Below are positions 48,164-55,589 of a stretch of 64,000 bases of DNA, piece after piece. A program made the position numbers and the translations under genes. The stretch spans positions 922,046-986,045 of the forward strand of contig OZ244859.1 of the NCBI GenBank assembly GCA_965221015.1, read 5' to 3'. The notes under the pieces were generated by a model. It saw only the letters and a program-made list of their open reading frames with translations, was not told where the DNA came from and did no database searches. Each line of letters starts with the position of its first letter. The stretch's first letter is position 1. Origin of the DNA: an uncultured Pseudohongiella sp. (GTDB lineage: Bacteria > Pseudomonadota > Gammaproteobacteria > Pseudomonadales > Pseudohongiellaceae).

Positions 48164-48189
48164 CACCCGAACCGGCGAAACCGGGGCTA

Positions 48190-48730
48190 GTCGAAGCCAA
48201 CTGTCTCGCGCCAGGGACGGCAAGCACACCCCATCAGAACGCCCGTGCGGACTCCCCCCTTGAGGGGGAGTCAAAACTGCGCAAGCAGTTTTGGTGGGGG
48301 GTGAGGCCCGGTCGGCGCAGCCGACGAAAAGCGGAGCTTTTCGAGGGCCGAACGGCTCGCCAAGGATGGCGAGACTGGGGGTAATCGAAGCCAATAGCCT
48401 CGCGCCAGGGACGGCAAGCACACCCCATCAGAACGCCCGTGCGGACTCCCCCCTTGAGGGGTGAGGCCCGGTCGGCGCAGCCGACGAAAAGCGGAGCTTT
48501 TCGAGGGCCGAACGGCTCGCCAAGGATGGCGAGACTGGGGGTAATCGAAGCCAATAGCCTCGCGCCAGGGACGGCAAGCACACCCCACCAGAACGCCCGT
48601 GCGGACTCCCCCCTTGAGGGGGAGTCAAAACTGCGCAAGCAGTTTTGGTGGGGGGTGAGGCCCGGTCGGCGCAGCCGACGAAAAGCGGAGCTTTTCGAGG
48701 GCCGAACGGCTCGCCAAGGATGGCGAGCCG
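48190..48730. repeat. Tandem array of three composite BIME/REP-like units (~194, ~160, ~187 bp)
   Basis: Units begin with (g)tcgaagccaa at ~48190, ~48384 and ~48544. The middle unit lacks the 'ggagtcaaaactgcgcaagcagttttggtggg' palindrome. Each unit carries three or more hairpins (gtcggc-gca-gccgac; gaaaagc-gga-gcttttc; ctcgcc-aaggat-ggcgag). Confidence 0.85.
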
Positions 48731-48731
48731 C

Positions 48732-49916
48732 TCAATACACCTCGAACAATCCCGCCGCGCCCATGCCTCCGCCAACGCACATCGTGCAGACCACGTAACG
48801 CGCGCCGCGGCGTTTGCCTTCGATCAGCGCGTGGCCGACAAGGCGCGCGCCGCTCATGCCGTAGGGATGGCCGATGGAAATCGCGCCGCCATTGACATTG
48901 AGCAGTTCATTGGGAATGCCGAGATGGTCCCGGCAGTACACCACTTGCACCGCGAACGCCTCGTTCAGTTCCCACAGGTCAATGTCGTCCATCGTCAGAT
49001 TGAAGCGCTTGAGCAATTTCGGCACCGCGTGAATCGGGCCGATGCCCATCTCGTCCGGGTCGAGCCCGGCGGCGGCCATGCCGCGATAGGCGCCAAGCGG
49101 CTCCAGACCTTTGCGCTCGGCGAGTTTGGCGTCCATCAATAGCGAAGCCGAAGCGCCGTCCGACAACTGGCTGGCGTTGCCGGCGGTGATGACACCGCCT
49201 TCAAACACCGTGCGCAAACCGGCCAGCCCTTCACTGGTCGTCGTGGGCCGGTTGCCCTCGTCCTTCTCCAGCGTGACTTCGTGTTGGCTTTGCTTGCCCG
49301 TCGCCTTGTCTGTGAACAACATGGTGGAGGGGAGCGGTGCGATTTCCGCGTCGAAGCGGCCCGCCTGTTGAGCCGCGGCGGTGCGCTGCTGGCTTTGCAG
49401 GGCGAACGCATCTTGCTGTTCGCGGCTGATGTTGTAGCGCTTGGCGACCACTTCGGCGGTTTCCAGCATCGACATATACGCATACTGCGAGCGCGCCGTC
49501 ACGTTCGGGTCCTGGGCGCGATAGCCGTTGCGATGCTCGTTCTGCACCAGGCTGATCGATTCCACACCGCCGCCGACGACGATGGGCATGCCGTCCTGCA
49601 CGATCTGCTTGGCGGCCGTGGCGATCGCCATCATGCCGGATGCGCATTGCCGATCAATGCTCATGCCCGCCACCGAGGAAGGCAGCCCGGCGGCGATGCC
49701 CGCGGTGCGGCCGATATTCTGTCCGGTCGACCCCTGCTGCATCGCGCAGCCAAGAATCACATCATCCACCTCGCCGGGTTCGATTCCGGCCCGTTCCACC
49801 GCCGCCGCGATGGCGTGTCCCGCCATGGTCGGCCCGTCGGTGTCGTTGAACGCGCCCCGGTAGGCTTTGCCAATGGGGGTTCTTGCGGTGGATACGATTA
49901 CTGCCTCGGTGGTCAT
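48732..49916 (-). CDS. Acetyl-CoA C-acyltransferase / acetyltransferase (thiolase)
   Basis: Motifs are '[18 protein letters not shown]', the active-site region '[13 protein letters not shown]', and the C-terminal '[20 protein letters not shown]...[14 protein letters not shown]'. The start was set to ATG 49916, which is preceded by GGAGAGAG. Confidence 0.9.
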   Translation of the reverse strand: MTTEAVIVSTARTPIGKAYRGAFNDTDGPTMAGHAIAAAVERAGIEPGEVDDVILGCAMQQGSTGQNIGRTAGIAAGLPSSVAGMSIDRQCASGMMAIATAAKQIVQDGMPIVVGGGVESISLVQNEHRNGYRAQDPNVTARSQYAYMSMLETAEVVAKRYNISREQQDAFALQSQQRTAAAQQAGRFDAEIAPLPSTMLFTDKATGKQSQHEVTLEKDEGNRPTTTSEGLAGLRTVFEGGVITAGNASQLSDGASASLLMDAKLAERKGLEPLGAYRGMAAAGLDPDEMGIGPIHAVPKLLKRFNLTMDDIDLWELNEAFAVQVVYCRDHLGIPNELLNVNGGAISIGHPYGMSGARLVGHALIEGKRRGARYVVCTMCVGGGMGAAGLFEVY

Positions 49917-50107
49917 GTCTCTCTCCATTTGAATTGCGATGTGATCATTGTTGTGACTTCCCGATTACTTAAAGCTTTACTTCCCGGTGGGAATCGCCAA
50001 TTCGTTGGCCCAAGTCGATGTGGTTCCGAGTAAAACAAGGCCAGACTCAGGTTCGGGGCCGGAGGCGATTTTCCTGAACGCGAGAATACCGCATCAGGTC
50101 GGGTTGT

Positions 50108-50629
50108 TCATGAAACGACGATCAGCGCCGCGATTTCATCGATCGCCTCGCGGGCAAGGACCGCCATTTCGGCGTCGGTACGGTCTTGTATCGGATGCGG
50201 GATAAAGACGCTTTTTGGCGCGATGCCAAGTGATTTGCCCTGGGCCGCGGCCGCTTCCTGGAATTCGCAGGATGCGATATAACCCGCCGGCAAACCCCGG
50301 CGTTCCAAATCGAGCATGTCATGCAAACTGCACGACGTGCAGGAGCCTCAGTCCGCCAGGGCTTCGACCACCGCGTCGCATTCGGCGCCAATCTGCTGCA
50401 GCAGGGGGAGCGGGGCGACCCGGGTGAAAGTGGGTTTGCTGTAGCGCCTCACCTTGGCGCCGCGCTGTTCCAGCCCGGACTGCACTTCGTCGAGGAACTC
50501 CTTGCCCCGCGGCTTGGAAATATCCAGCAGGCCGACCGTGGCGCCTTCCAGACTGGCCAGTCTCGCGTTCAACCCGCGCTCCACCGGCGCCAATTCGCCC
50601 GTGGGATCCAGCAATGTCGTAACGTTCAT
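50108..50629 (-). CDS. Probable selenoprotein with a U-G-S-C motif. The in-frame TGA at 50348-50350 would be read as Sec, joining two track ORFs.
   Basis: Track ORFs 50348..50650 and 50108..50326 are in the same frame, separated only by TGA plus 7 sense codons. The joined sequence reads ...AVVEALAD-U-GSCTSCSLHDMLDLERRG.... The second ORF has only a TTG start and no RBS. ATG 50629 is preceded by GGGAGAGG. Confidence 0.6.
50328..50342 (-). promoter_or_regulatory. Candidate SECIS-like hairpin (CUGCAC-GUC-GUGCAG) starting 5 nt after the UGA
   Basis: It is a perfect 6-bp stem with a GUC loop on the mRNA strand. A second hairpin, CGCCGG-GGUUUG-CCGGCG, lies ~45 nt downstream of the UGA. Confidence 0.35.
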
Positions 50630-50671
50630 GCTTGGCCTCTCCCAAAACAAACCACCATTCTAGCAGCCCCC

Positions 50672-50890
50672 ACGGAGATTCTGCGACTCCGCTTCGCGGC
50701 GCGCAGAATGACGTGGATTGGGTTTCCCGTCATTCCGCGCGCAGTCGCGGAATCTCTTTGGGTTGGCGCCATGGTTGGGAGATTCTGCGACTCCGCTTCG
50801 CTGCGCGCAGAATGACGTGGATTGGGTTTCCCGTCATTGCAGAATGACGTGGGGTAGGGGCCGACACAAATGCCAGGGTCCGCGGGCGCC
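50672..50890. repeat. Two copies of REP module B plus a partial arm of the 139-bp element
   Basis: gattctgcgactccgcttcgc.gcgcgcagaatgacgtggattgggtttcccgtcatt occurs at ~50675 and ~50778. It is followed by gccagggtccgcgggcgcc at 50872-50890. The region sits between two co-oriented genes. Confidence 0.8.
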
Positions 50891-50893
50891 AAA

Positions 50894-52327
50894 TCACGAA
50901 ATCTCCCGCGACACAAGCTGGCTCCCGCGCTCCCCGGCCGCCACCCAGCCGCCAATAATCGCCGAGAACATCCCCGCCGTGCCGCCGAGACTAACGATAT
51001 GCAAGCCGTCGTCGCGAAACTTTTGCAACATCTTCCCGCCCAGGTGCTCCGGCATGCCTTCGGCGATGCCATCAACGCCGCGCAGAATCTGCCGCCCCGG
51101 CACAAGCAGCCGCTCGTACAGCGCTTCGCGCAAATCGGCCTTGGACCAGCCGCCCTCGCGCAGCACACGGCGGTGTTCCGGGCTGATCACCAGCACCGCG
51201 TCCGCCATGCCGAACAACTTGCAATGCGCCACCGCGCACAGACTCGCGGCCAAGCTGCCGGCAAGCGATTCCGGGGTGCGCGATCTCTGGTCCACTATCC
51301 CCTGCAAGCCTTCCCCGGCGAACAGGCTGACCACCGAGTCTCCGCGGGCGAAGCCGCGGTCCATCGCCAGGCTCGGCCAGTCGAGGTCGGATTCGTCTTC
51401 GGCGAAACAATAGCTGTATTTGCCGGGATTGCCCAGCGCCGCGCGGTCGATGCCGCCGGGAATGCCGCCGCCGACATTGCGGATGATCAATTGCAGCGCC
51501 CGGCCAATCGTGGCGTTGGCGCGATTGCCCTGGCCCAGGGCGTTGACCCCGGAGTTCATGCCAACGCGCTGCGCCGCCGGGCCATTGACGATGACCACCG
51601 GCGCGGAAAAATACGTCGTGCAAAGCAAGCCATGCATGCAGAATCGGTCGTCCAGGGCCGCTTCCAGCGCGGCGATGACCAGCGGCATGTATTCCGGCTT
51701 GCAGCCCGCCATGACCGCGTTGATGGCGACTTTTTCAATGCTGCAATGAACCCGGTTCGGCGGCACCGCGCCGATAATCTCGCCGGCATCGCGGTCCGTG
51801 CCGCCAAGCATGCGCAAGACCCGCTCCGGCGTCGGCGGCACCACCGGCAGACCGTCGCTCCAGCCGCGCTCGAAGCAGCTTTCCAGCTCGTCCTCGGCGC
51901 TTGCCAATTCCAGCTTGCGTGCGCCGAAATCCGCGTGCCGCGCCGCCAGTTTCTCCGCCACGCCGGGCTCGAGCGTGCGCGAACCGCAGCCCGGCCGATG
52001 CGGCGCAAGTTCCTCGCCGAGGTCCGCGATTCCGGTGAACTCGCGCCATTCGCCCCGGTCCCAACCGACGACCCGCCCTCCGTCGCCGCCAGCGCCATCC
52101 CCGCGCAGCAAAGTGGGCACAATCTCAATCTCGTTGCGCCAGGAAAACTCCAGATCCCGGTCGTCAATCGCCGCAAAATTTCCTGGAAAAGCCGGATCGT
52201 CCTGCACATAAACCGATAAGCCGCCCTCAAGCCGCCGCCCCAACAGCGGAATCAGCGGCGCAATCAATGCGCAAGTGGGGCAGTCCTTCTTCACTACCAA
52301 AGCGTAACCTGTGGCCACAGACACCAT
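50894..52327 (-). CDS. Thioredoxin-fold (CPTC) N-terminal domain fused to a large domain of unknown function
   Basis: The N-terminus 'YALVVKKDCPTCALIAPLI...VPTLL' looks like a Trx-fold CxxC. I did not recognise the remaining ~370 aa (..RPGCGSRTLEP.., ..GWSDGLPVVPPT.., ..NAVMAGCKPEYMP..). Confidence 0.5.
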   Translation of the reverse strand: MVSVATGYALVVKKDCPTCALIAPLIPLLGRRLEGGLSVYVQDDPAFPGNFAAIDDRDLEFSWRNEIEIVPTLLRGDGAGGDGGRVVGWDRGEWREFTGIADLGEELAPHRPGCGSRTLEPGVAEKLAARHADFGARKLELASAEDELESCFERGWSDGLPVVPPTPERVLRMLGGTDRDAGEIIGAVPPNRVHCSIEKVAINAVMAGCKPEYMPLVIAALEAALDDRFCMHGLLCTTYFSAPVVIVNGPAAQRVGMNSGVNALGQGNRANATIGRALQLIIRNVGGGIPGGIDRAALGNPGKYSYCFAEDESDLDWPSLAMDRGFARGDSVVSLFAGEGLQGIVDQRSRTPESLAGSLAASLCAVAHCKLFGMADAVLVISPEHRRVLREGGWSKADLREALYERLLVPGRQILRGVDGIAEGMPEHLGGKMLQKFRDDGLHIVSLGGTAGMFSAIIGGWVAAGERGSQLVSREIS

Positions 52328-52427
52328 CCCCGATTCGAATGCCGGTCAATCGCAAACCAATCGCGCGATTGTCGCAAAACCCACCGCAAGATTCACGGCG
52401 GAAACAAATCGCCGCGATTGCGGCTAG

Positions 52428-52757
52428 CTAGTAGATAAACCCCAGGGTGCAAATACCGACCAGGATGTTGATGATCATGAAGACGGAGGAGGTGCGGGAT
52501 ACCACTTTCCACAGTTGCGGGCCTTTGTATGCCGCGCGGATGGCGACGATGAGCACGGCGGTGTAGGCGAGTTGGGCGAACAGCTCGATGAAATAGAACA
52601 GCCACTCGTCCTGGTCCACGGCGCGGCTGCCGAACACGAAAAACAGGCCCGCGCCGAGGAAATACAGCGCCCAGTAGGTGATCGCGAGGCCGTATTCCCC
52701 GGCCAGCAGCCGGGAAACGAAAGTCCTGTCCTCTGTGGCGGCTTGAGCCAGAATCAT
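52428..52757 (-). CDS. Small integral membrane protein (about 3 TM), function unknown
   Basis: 109 aa with hydrophobic segments LAITYWALYFLGAGLFFVF, FIELFAQLAYTAVLIVAI and VFMIINILVGICTLGFIY. Confidence 0.45.
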   Translation of the reverse strand: MILAQAATEDRTFVSRLLAGEYGLAITYWALYFLGAGLFFVFGSRAVDQDEWLFYFIELFAQLAYTAVLIVAIRAAYKGPQLWKVVSRTSSVFMIINILVGICTLGFIY

Positions 52758-52885
52758 GCTCCTCGTTATGAAGCGCCAAGCGGCGGGGCCGCGGCCGCCC
52801 GGCGGCAGGCCTGGAACCGGGTCGGAACGGATCGGATCAGGTCAACAACCGCTCGGGAGCCAGCCCGGAACCAGCAAATGTCCCG

Positions 52886-53764
52886 TCAGGCTCCCGGCGG
52901 CTTGCCGCCGCCCATCAGGCCGCGCAGGGCGTTGGGCACATCCGCCGGGAAGACCAGAAACTTGGCGTTTTCCGAGTTCGACAGTTGCTGCAGCGAGTTG
53001 ATGTAGCGCTCGCCGAGCAGGTACACCACCGGCATTTCCTTCTCGCCGATGGCTTCGGTGACCAGGGTGATCGCCTTCTTGCTCGCCTCGGCGAGGATTA
53101 CCTGGGCTTCCGCCTCGCGTTTGGAGGCTTCCAGCTCGCCTTCGGCTTGCAGAATCGCCGCCTGCTTGTCGCCGTCGGCGCGGGTGACCGTGGCGCGCCG
53201 CGCGCGTTCCGCCGCCGCCTGCTCCTCCATCGCCTGTTGCATCGTTGGCGACGGGTTGATGTCCTGGATTTCAACCGTCTTCAAGGTGATGCCCCAGTCG
53301 GCGATGTCGTCCGAAATCGCCGCTTTCAGTTTGGCCTTGATGTGGTCCCGCGAGGACAGCGCGTCGTCCAGGGACATTTCGCCGATGATCGAACGCAGCG
53401 AAGTTTGCACCAGGGTTTGAATCGCGATCTCGTAGTTCTCCACGCCATACACCGCCTTTTCCGGATTGACGATGTTGATGTACGCCACGGCGTTGGTGAT
53501 GAGCACCGCGTTGTCCTTGGTGATCACTTCCTGGGAGGGGATGTCGAGCACAATGTCCTTGGTGGTGACCCGGAACGCGACGGCGTCCACATAGGGAATG
53601 ATGAAATTCAGGCCCGGCGTGAGCGAACTGTGGTACTTGCCCAGCCTTTGGATCACCCATTTGTAGCCTTGGGGCACCTGGCGCACGCCTTGACCCAGCG
53701 TGACCAGCAAAAACAAAAGAATTACAACCGAAAGAATCAATCCCGGTGAAACAGCCACAAGCAT
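52886..53764 (-). CDS. SPFH/band-7 (stomatin-like) protein
   Basis: It has an N-terminal TM, then 'VPQGYKWVIQRLGKYHSSLTPGLNFIIPYVD', '..ITKDNAVLITNAVAYINIV..', 'SIIGEMSLDDALSSRD', and a coiled-coil AERARRA...AEGE. Confidence 0.9.
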   Translation of the reverse strand: MLVAVSPGLILSVVILLFLLVTLGQGVRQVPQGYKWVIQRLGKYHSSLTPGLNFIIPYVDAVAFRVTTKDIVLDIPSQEVITKDNAVLITNAVAYINIVNPEKAVYGVENYEIAIQTLVQTSLRSIIGEMSLDDALSSRDHIKAKLKAAISDDIADWGITLKTVEIQDINPSPTMQQAMEEQAAAERARRATVTRADGDKQAAILQAEGELEASKREAEAQVILAEASKKAITLVTEAIGEKEMPVVYLLGERYINSLQQLSNSENAKFLVFPADVPNALRGLMGGGKPPGA

Positions 53765-53769
53765 TCTCC

Positions 53770-54216
53770 TTACATTTTCCTGACAATCAGCGCGTTGCCG
53801 GATAGATCGGTAACATGGGCCCGGTCACCGATGGCGAGCGGATCCTCGGAAATTATCTGCCATTCGTCCGAGCCCAGCACGGGCGCCGGGAAGCGGATCG
53901 TGCCGCGGGTCGCGCCGGCCGGCGGCCGCAGCACCTGGCCGATTTGCCCGATCAATGCTTCCCGCGACAATCCCGCCTTGGTCCGGTCAATCGCCAGGGG
54001 CTTGATGTAACGGAACCAGGCCAGCGCCAGCAGGCCCGACAGGGCCGCCCACATGATGACCTGCCCGGCGACGGGCAATTGCGGCACCAGCAGCACCGCC
54101 ACGCCCACCAGCACGGCGGCGAGGCCGACCCAGAACACGAAAAAGCTGCCGATGAATATCTCGATCATCATCAGCACGGCGCCGACGGAGATCCAAAGCC
54201 AATACGACATGCGCAA
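53770..54216 (-). CDS. NfeD-family membrane protein (partner of the SPFH protein)
   Basis: Hydrophobic N-terminal TM segments are followed by a C-terminal OB-like 'GTIRFPAPVLGSDEWQIISEDPLAIGDRAHVTDLSGNALIVR'. It lies 5 nt upstream of the SPFH gene, which is the classical pairing. Confidence 0.8.
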   Translation of the reverse strand: MRMSYWLWISVGAVLMMIEIFIGSFFVFWVGLAAVLVGVAVLLVPQLPVAGQVIMWAALSGLLALAWFRYIKPLAIDRTKAGLSREALIGQIGQVLRPPAGATRGTIRFPAPVLGSDEWQIISEDPLAIGDRAHVTDLSGNALIVRKM

Positions 54217-54416
54217 ACTCCTGTGCAGACCGGCGTATTATCCGGGGTATGCGCAAGCACGGCAAGCAAGCGGCGCGGCTTGCCGCCCGGATGCCGTTGC
54301 CGGTTGGTAATGCATGAATTGCTGAAGTACTATCAGACCGCTCGGGCAGTCATTCCAGCTCCGGCCGGGGTGGCGCGCGGGCATCGGTTCAGCGGGTCGA
54401 ATTGCGGGAAAAAGCC

Positions 54417-55589
54417 ATGAAGCAAAACACCGTCAAAGTTCTCGTAGTGGATGATGAAGAAGATCTGGAGTTGCTCATCAAACAGAAGTTCCGGCGCCGC
54501 ATCCGCGGCGGCGAGCTTGAATTCATGTTTGCCCGCAACGGCCGCGAAGGGCTGTTGAAGCTGGCGCAAAACCGGGACATTCACCTGGTTTTTTCCGATA
54601 TCAACATGCCGGTCATGGACGGCCTGACCATGCTGCACCAGCTCGCGGAAACCGAGCTCGACGTGCAGGCGGTGATCGTTTCCGCCTATGGCGACATGGG
54701 CAACATCCGCACCGCCATGAACCGCGGCGCTTTCGATTTCCTGACCAAGCCCATCGACTTCGCCGATCTCGAAATCACCCTCGAGAAAGGCATCACCCAT
54801 GTGCGGGACTTGCAGAACTCGCTGGAGACGCGGGACAAACTCGTGTCCATCAAACGCGAACTGGAAGTGGCGAGCCAGGTGCAGATGTCCGCGCTGCCGG
54901 CGGAACTGGCGCCGAATCCGCATTACGACGTCAAGGCGCTGATTTATCCCGCCAAGGAAGTGGGCGGCGATTTCTACGACTATTTCCACATCGACCCGCA
55001 CCGCCTGGCGCTGGTCATCGCCGACGTTTCCGGCAAGGGCATTCCCGCCGCGCTGTTCGCCATGGTGACCCGGGCGCTGCTCAAATCCATGGTCGCCCAA
55101 TACGATACGCCGGCGGAAGCGGTGGACGCCGTCAACCGGCAATTGTGCGACGGCAACGACAGTTGCGTTTTCATCACCCTGTTTTTCGGCCTGCTCGACA
55201 CCCGCACGGGCAACTTTGTCTACACCAACGCCGGCCACAACCCACCGCGGCTGGTGCGCGCCGGAGGCGGCGTCGATGTGGTCGCGCCCACCGGCAATCT
55301 GGTGCTGGGGATTGATCCCGGCCAGAAATACGGCCACGCCGAAGTCGAACTGCAGCCCGGCGATGCCATCGTACTTTACACCGACGGAGTCACCGAGGCG
55401 GAAAACACCGCCGAAGAAGAATACGGCGAACCGCGCTTTGACAAATTGCTGTCGGAGTTGGCCAGCGGCGACGCCCGCGAAATGGTCGAAGGCATTGTCG
55501 CTTCGGTCAGAGACTACGCCGGCGAAGCCGAGCAGTCCGACGACATCACCTGCGTGGTGTCGCGGTATCTGGCGGGACAAAAGTCATGA
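54417..55589 (+). CDS. Response regulator receiver fused to a PP2C/SpoIIE-type phosphatase (RsbU-like)
   Basis: The receiver is 'KVLVVDDEEDLELL...HLVFSDINMPVMDGL...AVIVSAYGD..FDFLTKP'. The PP2C domain is 'PAKEVGGDFYDYF...LVIADVSGKGIPAALF...DAIVLYTDGVTEA...DDITCVV'. The start was set to ATG 54417. Confidence 0.9.
   Translation: MKQNTVKVLVVDDEEDLELLIKQKFRRRIRGGELEFMFARNGREGLLKLAQNRDIHLVFSDINMPVMDGLTMLHQLAETELDVQAVIVSAYGDMGNIRTAMNRGAFDFLTKPIDFADLEITLEKGITHVRDLQNSLETRDKLVSIKRELEVASQVQMSALPAELAPNPHYDVKALIYPAKEVGGDFYDYFHIDPHRLALVIADVSGKGIPAALFAMVTRALLKSMVAQYDTPAEAVDAVNRQLCDGNDSCVFITLFFGLLDTRTGNFVYTNAGHNPPRLVRAGGGVDVVAPTGNLVLGIDPGQKYGHAEVELQPGDAIVLYTDGVTEAENTAEEEYGEPRFDKLLSELASGDAREMVEGIVASVRDYAGEAEQSDDITCVVSRYLAGQKS

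Noticed and set aside
46100-48163. Expected RTX nonapeptide repeats and a T1SS C-terminal signal, the usual ending of giant adhesins.
   Set aside because: I found no GGxGxD-type nonapeptide run. The Gly-rich tract is GM-rich, not RTX. The terminus is a beta-barrel-like domain ending in Phe. No T1SS genes flank the gene.
48190-48730. Possible CRISPR array, or small genes (track ORFs 48234..48638, 48271..48588, 48428..48775, 48439..48798) in the tandem repeat region.
   Set aside because: The period is ~160-194 bp and the whole unit is repeated, so there are no unique spacers between short repeats. No cas genes are nearby. The ORFs occur on both strands with repeat-derived sequence. These are REP/BIME-like repeats, not CRISPR or coding sequence.
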